A program made the position numbers and the translations under genes. From a virus, in IMG/VR virus record IMGVR_UViG_3300009678_001574: a DNA stretch of 36,749 nucleotides; one strand, given 5' to 3'. The notes under the pieces are model-generated. The model saw nothing but the letters and a program-made list of their open reading frames with translations, was not told where the DNA came from and ran no database searches. Positions 18,305-27,227 of this stretch are shown piece after piece. Positions within the stretch are counted from its first letter, which is position 1. Every line of letters starts with the position of its first letter.

Positions 18305-18729
18305 ACTACCTATCACTATCAGAATGTGTTAAAGGAAGAGTATATAAGTTACATTCTAGAAATCTTAGCATTGGTGTATTCGATGGCAATAGGGGCTTTA
18401 TAGGCATTAGACTAAAATTTAATTCTAGATTTTTGTCTACCGAATACCATTGGGATAGTCCTCCCTTTGCCACAGCCAGACCGTTAACTTATATCGGTAT
18501 AGATGTTCCAGGTAGTATTCAGCTGGAGACTGATTTGGGTACCGTAGACCAAATAACCAAACGAGCTGTTAACTTTGATAAGCCTGTTAGTGAAGGTGGC
18601 AAGGGTTGGTACTACGAAGATAATAACGAAGCGAGTCAGGACATCCGGCCCGTTAGTGTTTGGAACCATGCTTTGTTTAACTTTTTGGATAATATTCATA
18701 AAGGGTTAACCAATGGTGAAGATGACTGA
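18301..18729 (+). CDS. hypothetical phage protein
   Basis: 142 aa; overlaps the previous stop codon. Confidence 0.75.
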   Translation: MNYLSLSECVKGRVYKLHSRNLSIGVFDGNRGFIGIRLKFNSRFLSTEYHWDSPPFATARPLTYIGIDVPGSIQLETDLGTVDQITKRAVNFDKPVSEGGKGWYYEDNNEASQDIRPVSVWNHALFNFLDNIHKGLTNGEDD

Positions 18730-18844
18730 GGAGCAAATTAAGGAAGCCATTCAAGAGTGGGCTAAGAAAAAGGGCCACACTATTGATGGTGAAATACGTT
18801 TTGATATTACAGAGCGCTTCCATAGTGGCGATATGTTAAGTTAA
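18713..18844 (+). CDS. 43-aa hypothetical protein (below the ORF-track cutoff)
   Basis: MVKMTEEQIKEAIQEWAKKKG... fills the gap up to the tRNA. Confidence 0.6.
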   Translation: MVKMTEEQIKEAIQEWAKKKGHTIDGEIRFDITERFHSGDMLS

Positions 18845-18847
18845 GTA

Positions 18848-18937
18848 GCCGGAGTGGCGGAATCGGTAGACGCGCTGGGCTTAGGACCCAGTGGGGTTAA
18901 TCGCCCCGTGTAGGTTCGATGCCTATCTTCGGCACCA
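18848..18937 (+). tRNA. tRNA-Leu(TAG)
   Basis: GCCGGAG/CTTCGGC acceptor stem, CTGGG-CTTAGGA-CCCAG anticodon arm, long variable arm, CCA. Confidence 0.96.
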
Positions 18938-18993
18938 AAATCGAAAATAATATATATGTAAATTATAACAATCTCTTAAGGAGAATTAAGAAA

Positions 18994-20292
18994 ATGAGAA
19001 TCGTTTTATTGTGTACAATCGCATTTATGGCAGCATGTGCCGGTGATGATCCGTCAGGAAGTGGCGGAGAGGACCTTACTGGTCCACAAGGTGAAGTTGG
19101 ACCACAAGGCCCACAGGGTGAAGTTGGTCCGCAAGGTAATATCGGATCGTCTGGACAAGATGGCGTTAATGGTATAGATGGTGCCCAGGGACTTCAGGGT
19201 GATATGGGACCACAGGGCTTACCTGGCGCTCAAGGACTTCAGGGTCCTCCTGGTGCTCCGGGTCTTGATGGTGCTCCTGGTATGCCAGGCGCTCCTGGTG
19301 CCAATGGCACCAATGGTGCTCCAGGCCAAGATGGTGTAGCTGGACCCCCCGGTGCTGATGGGCTTCCTGGCCTCGATGGTGAACAAGGACCGCAAGGTGA
19401 ACCTGGTGCTAATGGACATGATGGCGTTGCCGGTCCGCCTGGGGCCGAAGGCCCTCCGGGTCTTGATGGTGCTCAAGGCCCACAAGGTGAGCCTGGTGAA
19501 AACGGACACGATGGCGTAGCTGGCCCGCCTGGTGCTGATGGACCTCCCGGTCTTGACGGTGCTCCTGGCTTGGATGGTCTTGACGGACCTCCGGGACTTG
19601 ACGGTGTTAATGGTCAAGATGGGGCTCCTGGGTTGAATGGTTCTCACGGTTTTAGTTGTTGGGATGACAATGAAAGTCTTGAATGTGATTTGACCGAAGA
19701 AGATGCCAATCTTGATGGTGTTTGCAATGTTCATGACTGTAAGGGCGAACGTGGTGAACAGGGTCTTGCTGGTGCTCCGGGACAGAACGGACAACAGGGT
19801 CCACAAGGCGAGCACGGTAACGATGGTGCTCAAGGACCACAAGGCAACCAAGGTCCACAGGGTCCGCAAGGTGCTCCCGGTGCACAGGGCTTGCAAGGTC
19901 TACAGGGTGCTCCTGGCATCCAAGGCCCGGCAGGTACTTATGGCCAAGGTCGTGGTATCAAGATTATCAGCGGTGTATTAAGCGCTGACTTTGATGCACC
20001 TACTCCTCAAGATGCGGTTGCTTCACTAGATGATGTGAATGGTGTTGAAGAGCGAGTTTCAGTTATTGAATCTGCAACTCCTACCACCGTAACTGTTACA
20101 GTAACCAGTTCTACAACTGGAACTGCAACTTGTCCAGCCGGCGCTATTGCTACTGGCGGTGGATATAGCGGTGTTACAAGTGGATCTACCAGAGCTACTC
20201 GTAGTGCTCCAGGTGGTTCAAACAGTTGGACTGTGGATGTTAGCGCCTCGGCTACATTCAATGTCCATGTTGTTTGCTTGAGCCTGCACTAG
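18994..20292 (+). CDS. collagen-like lipoprotein
   Basis: AAGGAG RBS, MAAC lipobox, two Gly-X-Y tracts separated by a CWD...CD...D.N.DG.C...DC.G insert, C-terminal CPAG...GGG domain. Confidence 0.92.
   Translation: MRIVLLCTIAFMAACAGDDPSGSGGEDLTGPQGEVGPQGPQGEVGPQGNIGSSGQDGVNGIDGAQGLQGDMGPQGLPGAQGLQGPPGAPGLDGAPGMPGAPGANGTNGAPGQDGVAGPPGADGLPGLDGEQGPQGEPGANGHDGVAGPPGAEGPPGLDGAQGPQGEPGENGHDGVAGPPGADGPPGLDGAPGLDGLDGPPGLDGVNGQDGAPGLNGSHGFSCWDDNESLECDLTEEDANLDGVCNVHDCKGERGEQGLAGAPGQNGQQGPQGEHGNDGAQGPQGNQGPQGPQGAPGAQGLQGLQGAPGIQGPAGTYGQGRGIKIISGVLSADFDAPTPQDAVASLDDVNGVEERVSVIESATPTTVTVTVTSSTTGTATCPAGAIATGGGYSGVTSGSTRATRSAPGGSNSWTVDVSASATFNVHVVCLSLH
19327..19560 (+). repeat. about 2.6 copies of a 90-nt (30-aa) unit inside the collagen gene
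   Basis: [29 protein letters not shown] repeated, with synonymous divergence between copies. Confidence 0.8.
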
Positions 20293-20302
20293 AATAAAAC
20301 AA

Positions 20303-20329
20303 CACCTGAGCAAGTGAATAAACTGCTCA
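20303..20329 (+). other. compact H-type pseudoknot immediately 5' of the twister ribozyme
   Basis: CAC/GTG stem. Loop TGAGCA (20307-20312) pairs with TGCTCA (20324-20329) across an AATAAAC linker. Confidence 0.55.
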
Positions 20330-20392
20330 CCGTAATGCGGCCTGTCCGACTATAGACAGTTTGTTCCAAGCCAAGATAACGCAGAGGACGGT
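20329..20392 (+). ncRNA. twister ribozyme, type P1
   Basis: P1 ACCG/CGGT, U|AA, P2 TGC/GCA, RGC, P3 CTGTC/GACAG, P4 TTG/CAA with loop TTCCAAGC, GA, and GGA pairing with TCC (T1). Predicted cut between 20333 and 20334. Confidence 0.88.
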
Positions 20393-20420
20393 TCCTAAAT
20401 TACAATCGCTTAGGTGTACT

Positions 20421-20933
20421 ATGAAGAAAGTATGTTTGTTGCTCTGTCTCTTATCAGGCTGTGCTAGCTATAGCGGAACCACTTCAAGAGGCTGGCAGTG
20501 GAGTTCTCCCAGTGATAATATTTCCACTGAGAGAATGGAAACTGTAATTACTATTACCAGCAAGATGTTTGAAGATGCTACTGGTCGTAAGATTCCAGCG
20601 TCTGCATACGACAAAGTTAAGAGTGTAGAGTTTACTTACTATGAAACTTTTTGCCCTCCTGATGAGCCAGGTGGTAATGGGAAATGTTTAGGGCAAGTCA
20701 ATTACGAAGAGAAAAAGATGTGGGTTACTTTGAGAGGTTCATGTTTAGCTAGAACCAGCCTTGCTCATGAGCTAATCCATGTATTCTCTAAGTCAACCGG
20801 TATGAACGATACTGACCACGACAATCCTGTGTTATTCGAGAGAGCTCCTGGCGCTAACGAAGACTCAGTAGAATATAAGGCAAAGGAACAAGCCTTTGTA
20901 GCATTAGGCTGCGAAGACATTGTTCTATTTTAA
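20421..20933 (+). CDS. lipoprotein with an HExxH zinc-metallopeptidase motif
   Basis: LSGC lipobox, LAHELIH...DH, AGGTG RBS. Confidence 0.8.
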   Translation: MKKVCLLLCLLSGCASYSGTTSRGWQWSSPSDNISTERMETVITITSKMFEDATGRKIPASAYDKVKSVEFTYYETFCPPDEPGGNGKCLGQVNYEEKKMWVTLRGSCLARTSLAHELIHVFSKSTGMNDTDHDNPVLFERAPGANEDSVEYKAKEQAFVALGCEDIVLF

Positions 20934-20944
20934 TAGGGAATGAA

Positions 20945-21694
20945 ATGAAAATCGGTAAGATATTAGGTATTGATATTGCTCTAGATTGGTCAGTACTTAT
21001 ATTGGTACTGATGTTATTTAATGGGCTTAACAATATGTTCACTGTGAAGCTCGCTGAATTCATTCCTGCTGTTGCTATTACTGCTACCTGTATTACAATT
21101 CTTGGATTGCTAGCATCTATTCTAGCCCACGAACTTGGTCATGCTTATGTTGGTCAGAAGTTTGGTTTAACTTTTCATAGCATTACTTTGCACGCCTTTG
21201 GTGGTGCTGCTAATATGAGCAGCAGAATGCCTAGTGCAAAGGGAGAATTCTTTATTGCTATCGCTGGTCCAGTTGTTAGTGTTGTGTTAGGTGTGTTGTT
21301 AGGCTTCACTTCTATTGGAGCTATCTACGCTTTTAGAGACACTGTGCCCGGCCTTGCTCTATTCGTATTTCGTGTTTTGTCTGTATTATCTGCTATAAAT
21401 ATTTCTCTTGGAATATTCAATATGATTCCAGCATTTCCCTTAGATGGTGGAAGAGTATTGCGGTCGGCTGTATGGAAATATACAGGCAGCTATTTGAAGG
21501 CTACAGAAATTGCAGCAAAGACTGGATTTGTTTTTGGTAGTGGTCTTGTAGGCTGTGGTGGATTGATGGCTTTCGGGATTGACGTTCCAATGTTCGGTGT
21601 CGGACTTGGTGATGGTATATGGCTTGCTGTTATTGGACTTCTAGTTCTAATGATGGCTAGAAATGAAGTTAGGGGCGCAAGACTGGGCGCTTAA
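20945..21694 (+). CDS. site-2 protease (peptidase M50)
   Basis: HELGH, FGG, IAIAGP and FNMIPAFPLDGGR motifs; multiple TM helices. Confidence 0.95.
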   Translation: MKIGKILGIDIALDWSVLILVLMLFNGLNNMFTVKLAEFIPAVAITATCITILGLLASILAHELGHAYVGQKFGLTFHSITLHAFGGAANMSSRMPSAKGEFFIAIAGPVVSVVLGVLLGFTSIGAIYAFRDTVPGLALFVFRVLSVLSAINISLGIFNMIPAFPLDGGRVLRSAVWKYTGSYLKATEIAAKTGFVFGSGLVGCGGLMAFGIDVPMFGVGLGDGIWLAVIGLLVLMMARNEVRGARLGA

Positions 21695-21697
21695 TGT

Positions 21698-21880
21698 ATG
21701 AATGAGGAAGAATATTTAGCTCGTCATATCTGTGTTAGATGCGGTCTAAAATTCAAAGAAGAAACAACTTGCTATAAATGTGGGGTTCTGACTAGAGAAA
21801 CTGATAAGCCAGAATTATACGATGATATTGTTTATGTCTTATTTAAAACATTTGGCAAATGCAAGTCTCTCATAGAGTAA
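21698..21880 (+). CDS. small zinc-finger protein
   Basis: CVRCG...CYKCG. Confidence 0.65.
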   Translation: MNEEEYLARHICVRCGLKFKEETTCYKCGVLTRETDKPELYDDIVYVLFKTFGKCKSLIE

Positions 21881-21884
21881 TTAA

Positions 21885-22124
21885 ATGAATGAAACACAGT
21901 TACTTAAACTAGAAGAGATTCGTCAGGATATCTTAAAAGCCTTACGTCAAAAATACGGAGACGATAAGGTTCAACAAGTAGATGATTTAGGCGAAAGTGT
22001 CACTGGTAGGATGCTAGAAGGCGAGCAGATACCGGGCCTTGAGCCATGGATGTATGACCTAGTTAATGATTTTTATTCTATGTTGTTATCTCATCCAGGT
22101 TTAACTTTTCCTTTATTGAATTAG
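21885..22124 (+). CDS. hypothetical protein
   Basis: 79 aa, tight spacing with neighbours. Confidence 0.7.
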   Translation: MNETQLLKLEEIRQDILKALRQKYGDDKVQQVDDLGESVTGRMLEGEQIPGLEPWMYDLVNDFYSMLLSHPGLTFPLLN

Positions 22125-22131
22125 GTGGTAT

Positions 22132-22320
22132 ATGACTGAGCGAGAAATGTTTGAGAAGTCTTTTCAGCGTCCTAGAAATTATTTTCAACTGCCTGGTGAG
22201 GCACAGTGGGATATTGACAAGCAATTAGGCATTCTAGATTGGCAGGGCGAGGGCATGACTCAAGAAGACCATGACCGTTTCAAGGCTCATTACGAATTGA
22301 AGGAAGAAGATGCTTCTTGA
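22132..22320 (+). CDS. small hypothetical phage protein
   Basis: AGGTGG RBS; 62 aa. Confidence 0.75.
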   Translation: MTEREMFEKSFQRPRNYFQLPGEAQWDIDKQLGILDWQGEGMTQEDHDRFKAHYELKEEDAS

Positions 22321-23152
22321 AGGAGCCATAGGTGATGCATACGGTATGGGCTTCGAGTATGCTAACGAAAATATCCAGTATAACAACCTCAGTAGCTATG
22401 TGAAGCACCCACAACATGGTTTGTATCCAGGCCAATATACTGACGACTCGCAGATGAGTATCGCTTTGGCCGAATTAATGTTGTCTGGTTTAGATTGGAC
22501 TCCTATCAACATCGCTAATAAGTTCGTAGAATGTTTTAAGCGTGATTGGCGCGATGGTTACTCTAGGTTATTTCAAGTCTTTCTTGAGCGAATTGAATCC
22601 GGTGAGCAGTTTTTGGCAGAGATTAAGCCCGACTCAGATAAGAGTGGCGGAGCAATGCGTGCAAGCTGTGTAGGATTGTTTAGTTTGCCAGATGAAGTGT
22701 TAGAAAAGACAACTATTCAGTGCAAGCTCACTCATAATACTCCTGATGGAATCGCTGCTGCACAAGCATCCTCACTATTGACCCACTATCTTGCCAAAGA
22801 GTTTGGTCATCCGAAAGATGCCGGCCTATACTTAAACCATTACATTGAATCGGCCCACAACTGGAACGAGGATTATGTTGGTAAGGTTAAGTCTAAAGGC
22901 TGGATGAGTGTTCGTGCCGCTATAACTGCTGTAAAACGGAACGACACATTGAGTGATCTACTGAAAGATTGCATTAATTTTACTGGCGATGTGGATACGG
23001 TAGCAACTATAGCGCTAAGTGCCGCGTCTTGTAGTAAGTATTATGTTAAGGACATACCACAAAAGTTGTACGATACTCTCGAAAACGGTAAGTATGGAAA
23101 GGACTACTTGGCAAAACTGGATGAACAGTTAAGGGTCAAGTTTTTAATATGA
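22310..23152 (+). CDS. ADP-ribosylglycohydrolase (ARH/DraG family)
   Basis: GAIGDAYG, YTDDSQMS, GGAMR, THN and GDVDTVA motifs. Confidence 0.93.
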   Translation: MLLEGAIGDAYGMGFEYANENIQYNNLSSYVKHPQHGLYPGQYTDDSQMSIALAELMLSGLDWTPINIANKFVECFKRDWRDGYSRLFQVFLERIESGEQFLAEIKPDSDKSGGAMRASCVGLFSLPDEVLEKTTIQCKLTHNTPDGIAAAQASSLLTHYLAKEFGHPKDAGLYLNHYIESAHNWNEDYVGKVKSKGWMSVRAAITAVKRNDTLSDLLKDCINFTGDVDTVATIALSAASCSKYYVKDIPQKLYDTLENGKYGKDYLAKLDEQLRVKFLI

Positions 23153-23370
23153 AAAAGTTATTCTTATTTACTTTGCTTGTAGTGGGATGTCAGAACCATT
23201 TCATATCCGACCGTATGTTTACACAAGCTCAGAAGACTTGTGAGAATCATGGTGGGTTGATGGGGCTACAAACACAAGCTGATACTTGTATGCTGCATGT
23301 GTATTGTAAAGACTGGATGAAGACCGTAGTAGATAATTGCACAGAGGACAGGTTATATCCTGCAAGATAA
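23149..23370 (+). CDS. small lipoprotein
   Basis: MKKLFLFTLLVVGC lipobox. Confidence 0.7.
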   Translation: MKKLFLFTLLVVGCQNHFISDRMFTQAQKTCENHGGLMGLQTQADTCMLHVYCKDWMKTVVDNCTEDRLYPAR

Positions 23371-23732
23371 TGGCATTTGTTGGCAGAAATTGCACAGCCA
23401 AAGAGGTTAGGCTCGGTAATAAATATCGAGCGGCCTATAAGCGCTGGGTTATTGCTTTATATAATAAAGAAATTCTCGGCAAGAACCCCTTCGCTTTCGT
23501 GACCTTAACCGAAATCATCCCAGAAGATGCTATGAGTCTCTCCCACAATCCATACGGCGGAGGTATGTGGGGCAAATCCTTCACTGTTACTGGTAAAGAA
23601 TACGAAGAAAAGTACAAAAATCTACCAGAAGATTCGCGCTCTAGATACTCTTTAAGTGGTTGGGTAACTGAATACGATATGGCCGACTTATTTTTACGTG
23701 GATGGAAAAGAAAGTCTGGCGGTGTAATGTAA
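23370..23732 (+). CDS. hypothetical protein
   Basis: TAATG overlap. Confidence 0.7.
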   Translation: MAFVGRNCTAKEVRLGNKYRAAYKRWVIALYNKEILGKNPFAFVTLTEIIPEDAMSLSHNPYGGGMWGKSFTVTGKEYEEKYKNLPEDSRSRYSLSGWVTEYDMADLFLRGWKRKSGGVM

Positions 23733-23933
23733 ATGTGGAAGATTATAGTCCATACTTTTAGAGATTGGCGTTATTATAGATACCTAAACAATTGGCACAA
23801 ACATCCGTGTTTATCGTGGTTCATGTGCAAATTAGGCCGCCATGATTATGAGACTTGGGAAACTCATGGTGTTAGGTCTGCAACGCTTATCTGTATGTAT
23901 TGCTGTCAAAAGAAACATTCGACTATGAATTAA
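23733..23933 (+). CDS. small Cys/His protein
   Basis: CKLGRHDY...CMYC motif (DUF1660-like pattern). Confidence 0.65.
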   Translation: MWKIIVHTFRDWRYYRYLNNWHKHPCLSWFMCKLGRHDYETWETHGVRSATLICMYCCQKKHSTMN

Positions 23934-23938
23934 ACTGT

Positions 23939-24016
23939 TCCGGGGTAGCTCAGTTGGTAGTATGCGCCTGGCTGTTAACCAGGAGGTCGCAGGTTCGATC
24001 CCTGCCCCCGGAGCCA
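23939..24016 (+). tRNA. tRNA-Asn(GTT)
   Basis: TCCGGGG/CCCCGGA acceptor stem, CCTGG-CTGTTAA-CCAGG anticodon arm, CCA. D-arm is irregular. Confidence 0.93.
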
Positions 24017-24044
24017 AATCGAATTAATATAAGGGAATTAATAA

Positions 24045-24542
24045 ATGGATATACATCCTTATTGTGTTTATGCTGCAAAAAGGCTAGATGAAGATAGAAA
24101 TATAGTAAAAATTGGATACACATCTAATATTTATAGCAGACTTCTTCAAATTAGAAGCAACGTAAATGCCCCTATATTACTTATAAATGTAAGGCCGTTT
24201 TCATATAAAAGTTGTGCTATTAAATTTGAATCTATTTGCAAATATGCTTTAAGGGACTTTAGATCTGGTGAGTATTCATCTGAGTGGTTTCATACCTGCC
24301 TCTATGGAAGTAGTAAAGAAGAGAGCAATATTATCCCTAGAATGATAAATGGGCTTAAAAAGAAATTTATGTTTAGAGAGCATATCACAAATGAAGAAAT
24401 GAAACATCATCTACTTGATATGTTCTTTTTTACATGCTCCTTATTTGGTGTAGCGGGTTCTAAATCCTATGCCGAAAAACTATTAACTAGCAATAAAAAG
24501 CTTTCAGAGTTCATTAATTTTAATTTAGTGTTAGACCAATGA
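24045..24542 (+). CDS. GIY-YIG/T5orf172-like nuclease-domain protein
   Basis: CVYAA...VKIGYTSNIYSRL...E...SEWF; AT-rich gene. Confidence 0.75.
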   Translation: MDIHPYCVYAAKRLDEDRNIVKIGYTSNIYSRLLQIRSNVNAPILLINVRPFSYKSCAIKFESICKYALRDFRSGEYSSEWFHTCLYGSSKEESNIIPRMINGLKKKFMFREHITNEEMKHHLLDMFFFTCSLFGVAGSKSYAEKLLTSNKKLSEFINFNLVLDQ

Positions 24543-25069
24543 TTAATTTAGCTGGTCGTGAATTAGCTGACGATACTATTAAACTTGAATTAAAAGAATC
24601 TCGCATTCCTATTCATAAGTTCTTTGGTCAGCATAAACACGAAGTTCCCTGGACCTATCAAGGGCAGCTATTTGGTTGGGTGTTTACCCGTGCATGGTAT
24701 TACTGGATTGCTGTTGGTCGTATGCCTTTACCTGCCGCAAAATATTTATATGATAAAGATATAGATAAGGCAGTTAGAGTTGCTGGACATTGTGCCGCAC
24801 CGTCACCCAAGGAATGGGCTGAACACTTCGATATTGATGGCAATGGCTTATTTCATTTTGAAAAAGAACCTTCTAAGTCTTCATCACTTTATCCTTTTTG
24901 GTTGGACGTTCTTCTTAAAGGAATGTATGTAGACCATCCGGATGAGCAGGCAACATATTCTTACGTAAATACATATCATATAGATACTCAATTGGGATTG
25001 AATCTGTTTGCTGATACTCTTCGAGAATTAGAATACCTAACTTATAAAGCATCTGAGAGATTAAAATGA
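24539..25069 (+). CDS. hypothetical phage protein
   Basis: 176 aa; FTRAWYYW...YHIDTQ. Confidence 0.8.
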   Translation: MINLAGRELADDTIKLELKESRIPIHKFFGQHKHEVPWTYQGQLFGWVFTRAWYYWIAVGRMPLPAAKYLYDKDIDKAVRVAGHCAAPSPKEWAEHFDIDGNGLFHFEKEPSKSSSLYPFWLDVLLKGMYVDHPDEQATYSYVNTYHIDTQLGLNLFADTLRELEYLTYKASERLK

Positions 25070-25335
25070 AATTCGAATCAGCAGCGCAAGACAACGTAGG
25101 TAAACTTCAGCCTTATGTAGATAGGATACTGGAAGCATTAGGTCATCCTGAAGCCTTTGTTACTGATGAATCTATAGTGGGTGATTTCATCAATGTGTTT
25201 TCAAGCAAAGAAGAAAGATATGTTGTTGTCGCTCAACTATCATCTAAGTTAGGTCTTGTAATAGAAACCAAAGATTATATTTACAAGATAGCAGAAAGAT
25301 TGAGAGACGCAAATGCAGAAGGTAGAAGCTCTTAG
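25066..25335 (+). CDS. hypothetical protein
   Basis: 89 aa; FVTDES. Confidence 0.75.
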   Translation: MKFESAAQDNVGKLQPYVDRILEALGHPEAFVTDESIVGDFINVFSSKEERYVVVAQLSSKLGLVIETKDYIYKIAERLRDANAEGRSS

Positions 25336-25771
25336 TGAAGTTGAGTATCTAAAATTATTCGATTTAATTAAGCAATGTCTAGATGTGTGCAGAAGAAGAT
25401 ACAACTGGTGTAGTTCTAACAAACAGTTGTATATGTATACATTACAAAGTGCTCAGAGGCATTTAAGTTGGGGCTATAATAGAGACGCCAAACTATATAA
25501 GATGGTAAGGGATGCCAAGCGGTCATATAACAATCCTACATTAGTTAATTTACACGGAGTTAAAGTCGTGAATGATATGTTAAATATTATAGACAATATG
25601 TCTAGTGAAAGCTTGAGCGATGCTGATAGCTTGCTTGAACTTAAGGATGCCTTGTCTGGTATGCGTAATCTCAACCTGAAAGCAAAAGAGGTATCTGATA
25701 AGTGCGAGGTTGTATCAGGTAAGCTCGACAAAATTTGTGAGTATGTTGAAGGCAACGCCGATGAGTTCTAA
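25313..25771 (+). CDS. helical hypothetical protein, paralog of the next gene
   Basis: C-terminal half aligns with 25761-26186. Confidence 0.75.
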   Translation: MQKVEALSEVEYLKLFDLIKQCLDVCRRRYNWCSSNKQLYMYTLQSAQRHLSWGYNRDAKLYKMVRDAKRSYNNPTLVNLHGVKVVNDMLNIIDNMSSESLSDADSLLELKDALSGMRNLNLKAKEVSDKCEVVSGKLDKICEYVEGNADEF

Positions 25772-26186
25772 AGTATCTCACGGTGATAAGATATTAATTC
25801 GTAACGCTATGAAGCAGGCTATAGAAAAGACTATAGTTCTCACTACTGATAATGACCGTGATATTCTGGGTAAGGTCTTTAATCACTTCAAGCAATCTCT
25901 TCAGGGCAGCAGGCTTGAAGGTTGGGAACTAGCTAGAACCGGCTTTAGAAGACTGAAGAGTTTTAGTGTTCATTCTTCTACTGACTTAGATTCCTATGTA
26001 GGTAATATGTTAGCGTCAGCGTTCTTAGAAATTAAGAATAGAAATTTCGATGACAGTGCGGCTTCTCTTAGAAATTCTTTGAATTCTATGAGAGCTATTC
26101 TTGGAGTAGCCAAGAAAGTTAATCAAAGGTCAGAGTCTGTTATTAACAGAATCTGCGATATAGAAAGGGAATTATCAAATGTCTGA
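25761..26186 (+). CDS. helical hypothetical protein, paralog of the previous gene
   Basis: LxxxLxxMRxxxxxAKxV motif shared with 25313-25771. Confidence 0.75.
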   Translation: MSSKVSHGDKILIRNAMKQAIEKTIVLTTDNDRDILGKVFNHFKQSLQGSRLEGWELARTGFRRLKSFSVHSSTDLDSYVGNMLASAFLEIKNRNFDDSAASLRNSLNSMRAILGVAKKVNQRSESVINRICDIERELSNV

Positions 26187-26520
26187 TGACAAGGTTGACA
26201 ATGTTGAGCGTCTAGTAAAACGGATGGGTTTCGACCCCGCTTCGCGTCCTTCTGCCAGTGAGGACTTGCTCAAGGAAGTATTGGGCGAGCTTAACAAGGA
26301 GCGTCAGGATAAGGCTAAGGTTGCTTTGAAGGCAACTTTGGAGGAGGCTGTAAAGCTTCGAGAAGAGATGAACAAGGTTGATAAGCAGTACAACCAGACT
26401 CGTGCTAACTTCAATAAGCAGCTCGGCAAGTTGCTCAATTCACTAGAAAACAGTTTGCGTGGCCGCCAACCACAGCCCGAGGGAGAGACTTCTGAGGGAG
26501 AAGCTGCCTCACAAGAGTAG
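26179..26520 (+). CDS. coiled-coil protein
   Basis: 113 aa with a heptad pattern. Confidence 0.8.
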   Translation: MSDDKVDNVERLVKRMGFDPASRPSASEDLLKEVLGELNKERQDKAKVALKATLEEAVKLREEMNKVDKQYNQTRANFNKQLGKLLNSLENSLRGRQPQPEGETSEGEAASQE

Positions 26521-26524
26521 GTAA

Positions 26525-27154
26525 ATGTTTAAGCTAACTCACGCACTACCTGATAAATATTATGTAGCATGTTCTGGTGGCGTAGATAGTATGGCTGTTT
26601 TGCATTGGTCATCTGTTAAGCCCGACAGAGTTATTGCTGCTGTATATATTCATCACGGTACTGGTGAGTTTGCCGACAAAAGCGAACAAGTCGTAAGGGA
26701 ATATTGCGTAAAAAACAATATTCCCCTTTTAACTTATCGCGTAGAAGGCTCATGCCCAGAAGGTAGGTCTAAGGAAGATTGGTGGAGAGAACAAAGATAT
26801 GCTCTTTTCCAAAAAGTTCCTGGTACCGAACCTATTGTACTTGCTCATCATCTTGACGATTGTATTGAAGAGTATCTGATGTGCTCTTTGGTAAGAGGGT
26901 ATGAGGGTACTATCGCATACAGCAATGGCAGATGCGAAAGACCGTTTAGAAAGTGGAGCAAGGGTGATATTATTGACTATGCTATTAGGCATAGTCTGAC
27001 TTGGATTGAAGACCCGAGTAATAATAATACAAACTTTAAGCGCAATTTCATTAGACACGAAATCGTTCCACGAGCCTTACAGCTAAATCCTGGCCTGGAT
27101 AAATTGGTAAAGCGGGCAATTGATAGGATTGATTTAAATGCTTTTGAAGTTTAG
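26525..27154 (+). CDS. tilS: tRNA(Ile)-lysidine synthetase, minimal form (PP-loop domain only)
   Basis: ACSGGVDSM, RY, AHHLDD, RP, WIEDPSN and RNFIRH motifs. Confidence 0.93.
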   Translation: MFKLTHALPDKYYVACSGGVDSMAVLHWSSVKPDRVIAAVYIHHGTGEFADKSEQVVREYCVKNNIPLLTYRVEGSCPEGRSKEDWWREQRYALFQKVPGTEPIVLAHHLDDCIEEYLMCSLVRGYEGTIAYSNGRCERPFRKWSKGDIIDYAIRHSLTWIEDPSNNNTNFKRNFIRHEIVPRALQLNPGLDKLVKRAIDRIDLNAFEV

Positions 27155-27227
27155 AATAAATCTGCACCTGCTATTGTGTACGATATGCAGACGAGAATAT
27201 TGTGAAGTTTTCAAGTGTAAGTTATAG
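27138..27227 (+). CDS. possible 29-aa peptide with an HxxxCxxC zinc motif
   Basis: MLLKFRINLHLLLCTICRREYCEVFKCKL*. Bridges the tilS end and RNase P helix P1. Confidence 0.4.
   Translation: MLLKFRINLHLLLCTICRREYCEVFKCKL

Noticed and set aside
17261-18993. Track starts at 17261, 17708 and 18919 (also ORFs 7097 and 23900)
   Set aside because: These extensions run through tRNA genes; the real starts lie downstream.
20361-20420. N-terminal extension of the 20361-20933 ORF
   Set aside because: It overlaps the twister ribozyme. ATG 20421 has an RBS and gives a proper lipoprotein signal.
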